Of a stretch of DNA of 64,000 nucleotides, positions 12,595 to 27,708 are shown piece by piece. The notes beneath the pieces are model-generated. The model saw only the letters and a list, made by a program, of their open reading frames with translations. It was not told the DNA's origin and ran no database searches. A program made the position numbers and the translations under genes. Source of the stretch: the human T2T-CHM13v2.0 reference genome, Homo sapiens; NCBI RefSeq assembly GCF_009914755.1, contig NC_060927.1. One strand, written 5' to 3'. Positions within the stretch are counted from its first letter, which is position 1. The number at the start of each line of letters is the position of its first letter.

Positions 12595-15309
12595 CTTAAA
12601 AATAAAAACAAGTTTCAAATTAAAAGGATGATCTCTGTTGATTGGCTGAAGAAAAAAATTCTAGAATTATTTTATGAAGATTATGGCTTTCAAAAATAAA
12701 TTAGAAAATTAAATTCATGACTGATATTAACCATTTTTTACTGCCTGCATATTTTCTAATTTATTCATCACTTGCTTAAATATGCTCTTCACATTTATTT
12801 CCAGATAATAAAGACTACTTGTTTTATATTTATATTTTGCAGATATATTTAATTATAAGATTGTTGACAATAAAAACAGCTTCTAAATTTTATTTTCTGT
12901 CCCAATCCAACCTGTACAATGTATAGAAACTGTTCTAAAGTAAAAGCAAAAAACAAACAAACAAATATACATAAAACCATGGGTTTGGATCCTCCCTATA
13001 AGAGTATTATCAAATTACTTGATCTCTCTAAGCATTGGGCATACAAAATTTGTAAAACAGACCTGAAACTTCGGATTTGTGTGGATTAAATGAATTTGTG
13101 CATGTAAAATCTTCTGTACATACAAGGTGCTTATTATTATATTGGGCATCCTATGCTTAACATCATTGTTGTTAGTTGGCTCACAAAATAGTAAATTTAA
13201 TTGTTAAAATTATGCCATTTAGTAATTAACATTTGAATATACAGTAAAATGTGATAATTTACCACCTTGGCAGTCAGAGACGGGGCATCTGAAATAGTAA
13301 AAAATATGATATTTACTAACTGGAACTAAAGGGAGAAAAAGAGATTTTGTCAGTGTTGCTGTATTAAATCATTAATACCATAAACCCAACTGGTTTAACA
13401 TTCATAGTATTATATGGGTTTAAATTCTTAGAGAATTGATTCCCTTTTTGAGTAGACAAACATTACATCTGAAAACCTTGGTTCACTAATAATTTATCTA
13501 GCTATCACTCCCACCTCAGGCACCGCTGCTTTCCTCTCATAGTACTTTTATGTTGTCGATATCTCTGAAAGTACCGTCAATTCTTCTGAGGACAGGGATC
13601 TGAGGGATCTTTTCCTACTTCTCATGTTTGAATTATACCTCCTAAATCAAACATAGCACCTAGAACACTCTTGGCAAATAGCTTGCACTTAATATTTACT
13701 TTTAACTACCACAAATAAATCCACACAAATTCAGATTGTTCACAATTTTAAAATCAGTGAAACCTGAATTGCTAATGTAAAGCAAAAATTGTAAATATTA
13801 AAGAAGACCCGATTGAATTTCATTGTTTTAACTTCCACTCCCTTAGACATTAATAATATGTAAGTATTTGATTACTTACGATGAAAACATAGGCTTAAAT
13901 ATTGACTATTTTTATATTAGTTTTTGACTGGATAATGTAAGGCAGGATTTGAAGCCATTATCTTTTCACCTTTTTTGGAGTATAATAATTATCACCAGCT
14001 TTGCTGAGGACTTTTTGACTTAGACAAGGCTCTTTAACTTGTTTTCATTAATTTCAAGATTAAAATAACTCTTAGATTTTGAGTTTTCAATATTTGAAGA
14101 ATTGGTGGTCCAGCTCCATTAATTTTCCAGAAATATTTTTAGGAAGGAATGAGAAGATAAATCGCATGAGACAATGTTGATCTTTTGGTTTGTTAGAGAA
14201 ACCAAAGGAAACAAATATGGTGATTTCAGCATAAATTTTGAAATTTCCCAAAGATTTTGCACTAGATATTTCATAAAATTTACTTTAGGTTCTTGTAGAC
14301 TCTAAATGCCCCTGATACAACATTAAGTCAGAGGAAAGACTGTCTTTTACAATACATACACTTGCTTATTTCTTTACGGGAAATTTATAGGTTTGTCAAA
14401 TACACTTAATGCTATTTCTAATCATCTATTTATTTAAGGTTAAAAAGTAAACTCTGGATACACTTCAGAGCCATACATAGACTATAAAATATACCACTGT
14501 ACTATATTCTTCCATTAAACTATATTATTTAAAAGGTACTAGATACACTCAAAATATTATTATAAATAGCAAAAATACCTGCTTATGGTTCTGTTTTGAA
14601 TCATTATCATGTTCTATCTTGCATCATATCCTAAGTTTGCTATTTGTCAGCCATAGGGTAAACTGGGCTCTCTAAAGCAAATTATAAAGTTGGAAGCATT
14701 CAGGCTTTAAAGGGAAAGAGATTAGATATAACACAATTGCTACACAGAGTATAATAATTACCAATTGTCCCCTGATAAGAAAACTTTGTAAAGTAATAAA
14801 GCTTTTCTAAAATAAATTCTTCAAAAACTAAAGAAAAATATTATAACCACAGGATTAAAACAAACTGAAATGATCACAGCCAATTTATCACTTATATAAG
14901 TGTTTGAGAAATAAATGGATACACATACAGAGACTAATCTGTTGTAAAAAGCAAAGTACTACTGCCTGTGATTTATAGTACAGCACTGCAAAACTGAAAA
15001 TTTAGTACTTATTTGAGAGATTATAAAAAACTAAGGGAAGACTGGGAGGAAATGGTTTGCTACTTAAAAAAGAAATGAGGAAATATACATCAATAAAAAT
15101 TATATTGTGTACAAATATTTAACAACTATATACATTGCTCATGACATATTAACTGGAAAATGGTTATAAATAGCATATACTATGAGAAATAAATTTTACA
15201 TAAATGTGAACTTACATACTCGTAGGCAAAAAACAAAACAAAACTAAACAAAAAAACAACAAAAAAAAAGGAAGGATACCTATCAATGATTAGGAGGAGG
15301 AAGTATGGA

Positions 15310-15607
15310 TTTTTTTTTTTTTTTTTTGAGAGAGCGTCTTGTTCTGTCACCCAGGCTGGAGTGGAGTGGTTCAATCTTGACTCACTGCAACCTCTGCCTC
15401 CCGGGCACAAGCCATTCTCTTGCCTTGGCCTCCCAAGTAGCTGAGACTACAGGCGCGAGCCACCAACACCCGGCTAATTTTTGTATTTTTGTAGAGCTGG
15501 AGTTTCACCATGTTGGCCAGGCTGGTGTCAAATTCCTGAGCTCAAGCAATATGCCTGCCTCAGCCTCCCAAAGTGCTGGGATTACAGGCATGAGCCTGTA
15601 CCTGGCC
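15310..15607 (-). mobile_element. Alu
   Basis: Poly-T followed by reverse consensus. Confidence 0.95.
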
Positions 15608-16213
15608 TGGAATGTTTTTCTTAATTCTTTTTTTTCTTCACTATCTGAAACACTTCCAAATTTTTACCAAGTGTAAAAACAGAGGCAAATAAAATTAAAT
15701 AATTAAAACAATGGCAAATTTCCTCCCTGGCCGTCCATAAACCACCTGGAAGATTTATCAATTATCCCCCAAATTTTAATAGAGTATACCAAAGCAGAAA
15801 CTAATGCTAAAAAAGGTTTGAAGAGCCATTTAGGTGAAACAAAGTTCTCCCCTCTTTGCTGCCCTCATGCTTTAGCTCATGTTCATATCTCTACTATGTA
15901 ATGATCTACCATTGGTTTAAATCCTCCAGTGTCAGATAACTCACTACACTCAAGGTAGAACAATTCGTAATGATTTAGGAAACTTCTTTGTAGGATGAAT
16001 GCAATTTTCATTCTTAACATTTCCCATTGATCTTACTCCTACCTTCTGAAGTGACATGGAAAAAATATAATCCTTCTTTCCCAAATACTGTAACTGAAGA
16101 CAACTCTCGTCTACATCCAAGGTCTTCTCTTCTCTGAGCCAATTCTCAGTTCCTTTAATCCACTCTAGTTTACTTTATCATCCTGGTTGCACTTTTTTGA
16201 GAATACCCCAGCC

Positions 16214-16381
16214 CAGTATATTTCAAACTTGAACATGCATCAGAATCACCAGGAAGGCTTGTGACCACTGAGTCCCATTCCCAGGGTTTCTGATTTATTA
16301 AGTCTTGAATTTTCATTTTAAAGCAAATCCCCAGGAGATGCTAATGTTGTGAATCCGGAGAACACAATTTGAGAATTGCTG
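16214..16381. mobile_element. MER5A-like hAT-Charlie MITE
   Basis: tttcaaactt...catcagaatcacc...cacaatttgagaa pattern. Confidence 0.7.
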
Positions 16382-17842
16382 CTCTAGCCCATTAATGCTT
16401 CAACATCTGAACACAGTGGTCTCCACAAAGGCTGAGTACTGTGGAGGACTTCACTCCTCAGATTTGAATTCTGTGAGTTCAAGCCCCAAATGGCATGCGC
16501 TTTCTCATCATGATGATGCTTTATAAAGATTGTAGTCAACAAAACCCCTAAAACCTTTTCAACAATTGTTGCTAATGATCTGGATTTTCTTCATATTTTA
16601 CTTATGCAGTTGCATTTCTGGATCCAAGAATAAAACTTCCATTTATCTTTAATAAAGTCAATTTGGCTAGCTTTCAGAGTTGAACTGTGACTTTAAGATT
16701 AGATAAGATCTTCAAGTGAGATTACAGGTTACAGAAACAGCAAAATAAAGGTAGCATAAAGACTGACAAAAACACTGTATTTTGTGCACTGCACAAAGAC
16801 ACCTAGTTATGGTTATGAGCAGGACTTAAATACAGTCTTTGCTTTGTTTCTTGAGCCCTGACCTGGCACAAAGTAGAGGTAGGGGTGTCTACTTCAATCT
16901 ACCAGCAAAAAGGAAGTACTTTTTTGTAATATGGAAAAAAGCACATATACACTAGTGGTAGCCTTGGGATTGGAGACAAAAGAGTGTAAAGCTTTTGTTG
17001 GGGACTTCAGGTTTTGTTAAGATATGATTGGCCTGTCCAAAACTGAGGGCTCATGTACAGCTGTAGGCATTACTATTCTGCCAAAAGAAATCTTACATGA
17101 AGGCCTAAAATAGAAAAGAGATAAAAGAAGAATGAGAGCCCTGCCTCTGCTTGCCCTGCCCCCTTGATCCTACAACAGTACTGAGGCACTTTTGCAGAGA
17201 CATAGGACACTGCAATTTGACAATCACTACTATATAGAAGTCAATGAGCTATAAGGCTGAAAAGCTGAACCTGGCCCAACTGTGCAGGGCACTGAATGCT
17301 GGAATAAAAATGTAGGCTTGATTAGGTACTTAGTATAATATCATGAGAAAATTCAACCTCTCTTCCTAAGACACCTATCATTTGTCTTTAATTAGAAATA
17401 ATTATTTCCTCAGGAAACCAAATCTCAATAATGTTTAGAAAAGATGTATCATTACACCAGACTAAGATTTTACAGACTGAACAACGAAAACAACGGTAAA
17501 ATGCTCACAGAGTTTGTTTAAATTTTGCAGTCCCTTTTATTTACCTTTTATAATTCTAAAACTACTGAGTTAAACTTTAGCATTTATAGCATATTCTTAA
17601 TAAAGTCAATTCTTAGGGAGAACTGCTATAATGAATCTTTTACATTTCTTTAGACAGTATAATGTATTAAATACTTTGCAAAACAATACTCAAATGCTCA
17701 TTTATCAGCCAAAAAAATCTTTATGCTCTATGATATGCAATAGCATTAAAATATTAAAATATTTCTTTTGAAAAGGAGGAAAGCTAATACACACGGTTTT
17801 AAATTTGAATCAAAATAATTGTCACAATGAAAGTCATAAAGG

Positions 17843-18146
<304 letters not shown>

Positions 18147-18952
18147 GTCATAAAGGATCTGGTACCAGACTAGAAATCTGTCATGTAAATGATTATGAAA
18201 GACTGGAAAAGGAAACAAAAAAGTTGCCTTTTTTTTTTTTTTAAGAAATACTTATTATAAGGGATGTTGATATTATTGGGAAGAGAATTAGAATATGTCC
18301 ATCTATTAATGAAAGTCAAGAGAGAGTCAACAGGCTTGAAAAACATTGCCCTGACTCCCATGCTAGCCTGACACTCTAAGTTAAGGATAAGTGTTGTTGA
18401 GCTCCCTGGCAGCCAAGCAAACACAAAACAGGCAAATCTATAAAATAAATACAACGGTTTATAAAAATTGCATTTTAGCTAATAAGAGGGGACATTTTCA
18501 TTTTAAACTAGTAATTTTTTTTAGCAATTAATCTTGAGGGGTTTCTTTATGAAGATTTTATATAAAAGGAAATGAACAATTAAGATAAAATAAATAACTA
18601 AAACCTTTTACAATTCTTTTGACAAAAACAGGTAAAAGTGTGTATTTGTGTAAAATGTTCTCTTTTATTATAGCTCTTGGAAAGCTTGACTTTATTTGTC
18701 AGAAAAGCCACATCATCAAAGTTCCATCTATTGGGGCTTAAGTTACGCATATAAAAGGTAATAGGAGAGCCAGAAACTATCTTGAACTTAGCATCAGGAA
18801 ATTTAAGTAACTAAGATTTGGAATGACTCATTGTTCTAAAAATCATGTTAAAGTCTATGTATAAGACAAAGTTTTGAATAAGTGAAAAAAAATAGCGAAA
18901 TACAGCAGTGTTTACATGTAACTAACTATATGAATAAAAGCCCAAGCAGTTA

Positions 18953-19319
18953 TGATATGGTTTGGCTCTGTGTCCCCACTCAAATTTCATTTTGAGTTGT
19001 AATCCCCACGTGTTAGGGAGGGAACTGATGGGAGATGACTGGATCATGGGGGTGGTTCCCCCATGCTGTTCTCATGATAGTGAGTGCTCATGAGATCTGG
19101 TTTTTGATAAATGTCTGGCATTTTCCCTGCTTGCTCACTCTCTCTGGCACCTGCTGCCATGTAAGACATGCCCTGGTTCCCCTTCACCTCTGCCATGATT
19201 GTATGTTTTCTGAGGCCTCCCCAGGCATGCAGAACTGTGAAGCAATGAAACCCCTTTTCTTTACAAATTACCTAGTCTTGGGTAGTGCTTTTATGGCAGT
19301 GTGAAAACGGACTCATACA
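18953..19319 (+). mobile_element. THE1D/MST-like MaLR solo LTR
   Basis: tgatatggtttggctctgtgtcccc...gtgtgaaaacggactcataca. Confidence 0.88.
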
Positions 19320-20672
19320 CTATACTTCCTGCTTGGACCGGAATGGATTATGACACTAGTGCTTTCATTGGCAGAATCCAGTAAACTCATAAGGTTCCAC
19401 AGGTCAGGAGGCATCTATCACAAATGGGTAAACAGTGAATGGCTCAATCAATATTTACTGATGTAAAAGCAGAAGATTATTCTTGAAAAATAAACCACTT
19501 TAAGAAATTGAAGCTGTGTATTCCAAGTTGTACGTCCATAACTTGTGTGTCTTATCAAATCTCTTCAAACTTTCTAAACTATCAAACCAAGTAAAAAAAA
19601 AAAAAAAAAACTAAGAAAAACTAATGGTAGACATGACTAATAATCAACTGAGGAAGCTGATAAGGGAATCAGTTGGGAATAAAGATTCTCAAGTTTCCAT
19701 GAGGCATATACGTAGCTAAAGGACAAACTGAGCACTTTTTAAAGATTTTCATGATTTATCTCATGTAGAAATGTAAGGAACTATGAAAAAAAGAACATCT
19801 TTACCCTGTATTTTCCCAAATCAAGTCCAAGGAGGCAAAGGTTTCAGGGCACAGTATCACTAACAAGACAGACTGGAACTGTTAATTAGTATCAGCAGAT
19901 TCCATATAACATTTTTTTTTCTTTTTCCTGATAATTCTAACTAATGCAACAGATAGTTTATTAAGTCTTCATTTTTATTTCAGATCCTCTTTTGAAATTT
20001 TAAAATATACTAATATAAAAAATTAGTTTACTAATATTAAACAAATAATATTATATAATATATACATATGTAAATAATAATATTAAATAGTTACTAAGAA
20101 AAAATTAGTTTTCCTTAGAATACCAATAATTAGTGAGTAGATACACACTGAGGCATTAAAAATATCACAACAAAACAATAAAATGCAGCTATTTCAGAAA
20201 AACTTCTCTATTCTTGTTATAACAACATAATTTACCAAAATCTTATGTTTTGAACAAAATTATGACACTAAGGCATATCTAGTAAAATTTTAAAAACCTA
20301 TTAAAAAACATTGCATTGGGAATCGGAAGACAAAGTCTAAATATTGTTCCCATTACTATTAGCCTAACCCCTTAGCAGTTCTGGTTCTCAGGGTTGCATT
20401 TGTAACATAAGGAGGTTTCTGGACTGGACAATCTCTACAGCATCATTTCTACTGTAGTTCCTTATTGCTCTTTCCATCTCTGTAATTATGTTGGCATTAA
20501 ACCAATCAACTGACAAACAAACGTACCCACGATTGCTACTTTTACCACCCAGGGATTTTTCTGTTCTGCTAGGGAGGTAGAGACTAATGAATCACTAACA
20601 TTTATTTGATAGTATGGTTTTGGAAATATTTTTGCTTTAAGTGAATAGTTTTCTTTGGCTTTTCCCTCCTAC

Positions 20673-20813
20673 CTGAAGGAAGAAGAAAAAGATCCTGTCC
20701 TGAGGATGGCCGGCTACTGGAGCCAGGAGGTTTTGAATGTTCAATGAGACTATGCCTTGCAGGAGGTGGGGGAGGTGGGAGAGATGGAGGGAGGGCATCA
20801 AAAGCATCTTCAC
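20673..20813 (-). CDS. CBLB: CBLB exon 17 (141 bp, phase 1-1)
   Basis: tgcag|GT GAA GAT...CCT TCA G|gtagga; [46 protein letters not shown]. Confidence 0.97.
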
Positions 20814-21735
20814 CTGCATTTAAAGAAAGGTCGATATCAGCAGCAGAACTTCATTAATCAAAATACACAGCATCTAACAAAAGTAATAATTGATTTTCTC
20901 TTGCTGCTTATAAAGAATTTCACTCGCAGGGTTTATCCAGCAGTTCACCAACTTTGATAATGGGATCTAATTATTTTGTGGGAGAGTCTGGAGAGAAACA
21001 CACACATGCACACATATACATACATACATACGTACAAACACACCCATGCAAACTTTTTCTATCAGGCCTTTTTATAAAAAGCAGCATTGTAACTTATGAA
21101 ACAGCTCATAGTTCACTTGTAACCTTTATAATATTAGGACTCAGAGTTTGAACTAAAAATTATTATCAGTCACACTATGAAAACAGGATTTTCTGTGTAG
21201 CAAAAAGAGTTCACAGCCTTTAACTGGAAAATCACCTCAAATACATATAATTTAATGTCAAAGAATAGTTTAGATTATCCCATATAGTTTATTCCACTGG
21301 ATTTTAATTTATTTAACCTAATGTTTCATATATTTGATATGCTGTCAAAATATACATAAAATGTACCTAGAGCAGAGAATATGATATTTTTCAATTTGTC
21401 AGATTTAGCTACAGAAGAACAGCTAAATATAGAACCTTCTCTGGTTCCAAGCACTACTTACATTTGCATATTTCCCAGCTTTAATAACTAAAATATTGCA
21501 GCATAGTTTTATATCTACTTATTTGTCCCCTGTCACACCTTACTATTCTACTCATAGTTTTCATTACCTTGAGTCTTAAAAAAAAAAAAAAAAAAAAAAA
21601 AGCACATGTTTGGTAAGCTATCTCAAAATACTTTAGGAATGAGACAGGGTATACATAAACACATATTCTAATAATAAAAATTCACACTTTTAAGTTGAAT
21701 GATTTAAACATAATGGCATATTTAAAGAAAAATGA

Positions 21736-22129
<394 letters not shown>

Positions 22130-23718
22130 CTATCATTTTAACCTTCAGCTATTTCCTACATTATCATATTTATTCAAATCTTTTTTCAGCCCTTAAACAT
22201 CTGACACTGGGCCAGGCTCATGCATGATATGAAAATCAAAATTATAAGGCTCTGACTCAAGGAGCTGAGATTCCATGAAAGGAGCTTAAAAAAAAGCTCA
22301 CAAATAGGTATGATTTACAAGTGAAAGTGTTTTATTGGTCCCATAAAAGAGACATATGCATTGGATGAGGAAAGAGAAATGTAGACAAGTGGTATTCAGT
22401 GAAGTGTTGAAGAACAGGAAGTCCTGGGATATCAGAAGGCTCAAAAATTTATTCATCAAATGCAAGGACAGGATCGTCTAAGTAGAGTAAACAGTATGAA
22501 GAAAAAAATGACACGCATAAGAAGACCTAGAAAAAGGTCAAGGTAAAAAGACAGGTTGGAAAATCTGTCTAACTTTGTCATATAAAGTAGTCACCCATCC
22601 ACATTTAGCTATTTAAATTTAATGAAAAGTCAGTTCCATAATCACACTTAACCCATATGCAAATATACAGATCCTTTACATCACCACAGAAAGCTTTATT
22701 GAACAATGCTTATCCAGGTGATGAAGATCTGGGTAATATGTCAAAAACAAGTGTGCAGGAAGAAGTGGAAGGGAGAGAAAGACTGTAGGTAACAGAGTTA
22801 GGAGCCTTTTGTAATTGATGTAGGTGAGAATAAAGTCCTGAACTACAGAGAGAACAGGAGCAAAAGATACTGCAATTGTGTCATTCAAAATACTAGTCAG
22901 TGGTACTTGTGAGAAAATGGAAAGGTTCATTTCGTATTTCTGGTGGCCTAACAGCCAGTTCAGAAAAGCTTGTAAATTGACTTTCATCATATATTATTTT
23001 ATGTTACAGTGACTTGTTATTGTGAAGCGTTATGTAAGGTGTGCAGACATTCTGTCTTCTAAAAACAGGGTGAGATGCTTCCTAATTAGAATTAATGAAA
23101 TTAACAGTGAGAGTGGCACCAGCCAACTTCAACATATACACACACCTACATATACCTTCACCTGTGGATACAAACAAAAATACACATAGGATGTTTCTTC
23201 ATTATTATAATTTGAAACAAGGAAATTGAGATTTTTTTGAATGTGTTACAGTTGTAATGATTAGAATAAAACAGAATTTATTATCAGTTCTCTACATACA
23301 ACTATTTAATTTTGCATAATTTAATTAGCGTAAGTGGAACTGGTGCTCATGCTGCAAGAAAAGCAAGTTCATATTTATTAAGAATTATTATACTTAAAGA
23401 AAATCTCAACACTTCAAGTCATCACTTCAAAACTACTAGAGCACAAAGCTCTCATGTGTTTTTAGACTACATTTAGTATGGACAAAACAACTTGCTTAAA
23501 ACCTGACTGATGCCCAACTACTACACTACTACCTTAATCATCTACATGGAGTAATGGTCTCGTGAACTTGGGAGTCACCGGCACCTGGAGAACCCATTCA
23601 AATTTCAGGCAAATTCACAACCCAGTGAGTCTGTGTTATACTGAACTCTGAATTCTGAAAATTCTGAAATTAAAAGAAGGAGGGGTGGGTTGTTCAAAAC
23701 TTTTTTAAAGGTTTCAAC

Positions 23719-23850
23719 CTAATGGAGGGATGAGAAGATCATAATCAGAGGGCGTCCTGTTGAGTGAAGAACCATGCTTTGGATTGTCCCGAGTTGGAGG
23801 CCTGGCAGGTGGTAATGGCACGGGATCAGAGGCTGAATCAAAAACATCTC
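23719..23850 (-). CDS. CBLB: CBLB exon 16 (132 bp, phase 1-1)
   Basis: ctctag|GA GAT GTT...CCA TTA G|gttgaa (weak donor); [43 protein letters not shown]; preceded by a 113-bp intron. Confidence 0.97.
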
Positions 23851-23963
23851 CTAGAGGATAACACAAAACCTTAATGTATTTTCAGTACAATGGCATGAAA
23901 TTTTGCCTTTAAATTCTGACCATTAAGATGTACATCACAAAGGAAATTATATTCTATACGTAC

Positions 23964-24058
23964 CCTTTAAATATATGCTTAAGTCAGGGATGTTTGATTT
24001 CTTCTCTGAAGATGGACCATGTGTTCCATTCAGCATACAGTGACCATTATCACAAGAC
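23964..24058 (-). CDS. CBLB: CBLB exon 15 (95 bp, phase 2-1)
   Basis: cctttag|G TCT TGT GAT...TTA AAG G|gtacgt; [31 protein letters not shown](G). Confidence 0.97.
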
Positions 24059-24740
24059 CTAAAGGACAGTTCAGAGTAAAATTATATAAGGAGAATACTT
24101 TCCAATTAAAAGTAACTTGAGAGGTAGAGGGAACTAGTATTCCTGTTTATTTAATAAAGTTTGAACATATATTTTTCTTTTCTCAAAATTACCAGTAATA
24201 ACATCAAGATACTCATCCCTTATTTTAAAATGTAGAAGTAAATATCTCAAGTAACACAGTCTCTCTTTTTTTAAACTATAACCAAGAATTACAAGGGCCA
24301 CAAAAATTGTTGATATCCTAAACACTATGTAAAATTAACTTATCTCTGTGGAAGAATTCAATAGAACCTGGTCAAGTTTTTGAAGTAAAAAAAGATGTAT
24401 GTGCCAAGGCAAAAACATATAGCAGTCTCAATGACTTTATTATTTGTTGATAGTATTTAATATCATATTTTTGCTTCTGTAACTTAAAATTTCCTTGTAA
24501 TAAAAATAAGCTACAGCACATAAAAGAAGAAAAATTATTGAACTTTCAATAATTCCATTACAATTCTGACAGGAACATTCAAAGAACTAGAGCCTGTGGT
24601 ACTATTTCACCACTGCCAAGAACAAAATTCTGGCCCTCTGACACTACAGAAAATGACTTTAGCAAAGGCCTTGGGTACACGACAAGTACAGTTTTTAATG
24701 TGTTTGTAAAGGGTACTACTTACCAGAAAAGTATGCTTGA

Positions 24741-25055
<315 letters not shown>

Positions 25056-26747
25056 TAATTCTTCGGAATCATACTATGAACACAATGGTTAAAATTGAGC
25101 CATGGGAAGATAGCAGCAGGAAGAGAAGATAAGGAGCATATTTTGCCTTCAGCATATAGCTCTATAACAATCAACTGACAAAGAGCTATAGAAATCAGAG
25201 TTTACATTTTACTTTTCTCTGATTTACTCTGAATTTTTAGAGCAAAGTAAAAGTGCGTATGTAATGGAAGAGATGGTGGATATTTGAATAGATAATGCAA
25301 GAATGCTTCATCTGAAATTCATTTCTATTCTCTCTGGTGGCCACTTCTCTTTAAGGGGCCAGATATAGTTCATTTAAAAATAGTTATCATGTATTGAATC
25401 TTCATAATAATGATGGATTTTTACTGAAATTAAATTGAATTACTCATTTACTGGGTCACTTTTTCTACATATTGACAATTCACTTCTCCTGATGTTCCAA
25501 AGGGGGAAAAATACACACAGGGAAAGAAAGTGTTAAGCTTAAAGAGCTCTTTGGAGAGCACAAAAGAAGATACTTCATCCATCAGCTTTCAAGAACAAAT
25601 TAGATAAAGAATTCACTCCAATTACATTTAGGGATTATCAACGTTTATTACTTTTCTGTAACAATAGAAAAATGGTAATGATGGTTATAATTCAAATTTA
25701 TTTTCAAGATTTGGGAGCTCTGCCACAAAAAATCACATCCAATATGATGTAACAATTAAAAAATTTAACGTATTAAAATTATACTCACTTATCCAGCAAT
25801 GAAAAAAAATAAGACTCCCAAAGAGACCAAAAAAAGCTCATCCTACTTTAGTTTTTAAAAATTACTGCACATTTGTAAGAGCCAAAGAACCGAAAATTGT
25901 AACAACTTATATTTGATGAGAAGGAATATCTTTTGTTCTCAAATACATCACTAGCTACTTGGTTCTTCTGATACATAAAATTAGCTCCTCGTTATTTCTT
26001 TGTCTTCTCAATGATATGATTTTATCAACAGATGTCTTATCTAAACACCAGCAATAGCAAGGAGTGTTTAGGTTCTTGCTTTTAAAAAAATAAAGTCCTG
26101 CGCTGTAGACTATTAACAATTCTGGGTAATAATTCAGCAGAGTGTTGATAATTCTAACCAGGGTCACTTATTAAGACAGACATCTGCTTAAAATGAAAAT
26201 GTGCTTCTCTTTCCAAGTGCTGCATTTCCTACCTCAGTGAGATGCCTGAAGAAACACATTAAAACATTTTTTAGTTTTTCATTGGAAAAGAAGGGAACAC
26301 TGTACTTATAAAATGTTTTCAGTTGATTGACTTGACCTCAAAAGGAAATGGCACACTAAGTAAAGATGGCACAGATGACTGAAGTAATTGCCATCTCCCC
26401 TATCCCTCAGTCAGTCATGGAGAGATGCTGGAATGTAGGGCCACCAGCAGTACTTGAGCCCTATTCTATGTGCCAAGCATGGCCCCAGGAATGTTATACA
26501 AAGGAAACCAGAACTCAGAAAGTAAGTTTTGTAGCTGGGAGTACTGAGTACCTCATATATTTCAGTCAGGTAAAACAAACAAACCCAGAAATAATAGATT
26601 TCAGTTTATAAATTCAATAATATAAATGCAGACTCATGCCTTTACTTAAAGATAAAGTAATATTTCAATACAAACAACCCATTATTAATAACTCTTATTT
26701 ACCTCGATGGAGCTTCCAAGTCAAAGACCAAGGCTATCCCCATGTAA

Positions 26748-27092
<345 letters not shown>

Positions 27093-27561
27093 TATTCCTC
27101 ACATTCTTATTTGATCTAAAGGAAGGTAAATAGCACTTGATAGAAAAACAAAAAGTTAAGAGAAACACCTTGGTATTTTTTTCCCACTTCTTCAAAATCT
27201 GAATAGAAGTAGGTAGCAAGTACATCAAGAAGGAAAATGAATTTAAATTATACTAGTATGTACATCATGAAGAAAAATTCTAAGGAAGGTCAGAATAATA
27301 CCTTAGTTTCTGAGCACTAATTTTTCTTCATGAGATAGGTGTTTAGAACTGATAAAATAAAGTGACTTCCTGATTAATGAGAAATCTGCATCTTTTAGTT
27401 TTCTTTAAAAGTAATGCTGGAAATGGTATAATAGGAAGAGAAGGATTTGAGCTGGAAATTAAGGATTTTTAATTAGACGTGAATCAATTGTTTAAAAACA
27501 AACATTACAAATGATAATGCTTATGCAGATGTAAGTGGCAAAAATCTGCCCATACTCTTAC

Positions 27562-27708
27562 CGAACAGGAGGTTTTACATTATGACAATGAGATGGTTGT
27601 GAATTCAGGGAAACAGGGTGGGATGAAGGAATCTTGTATTCATCATCATCTTCCTCTACTGGGTCTCTTGTTTTCTCTGAAAGAGAATTTGCTAACGGAC
27701 CAGTACAC
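27562..27708 (-). CDS. CBLB: CBLB exon 14 (147 bp, phase 2-2), contains the YKIP motif (Y709)
   Basis: cctggtag|G TGT ACT GGT...GTT CG|gtaaga; [48 protein letters not shown](R). Confidence 0.98.

Noticed and set aside
20762-20796. G-run clusters on the plus strand in exons 17 and 12
   Set aside because: They are explained by proline codons on the coding strand.
23848-23853. TAG-GAG tandem acceptors at exons 16 and 10
   Set aside because: Distal GAG acceptors are rarely used.
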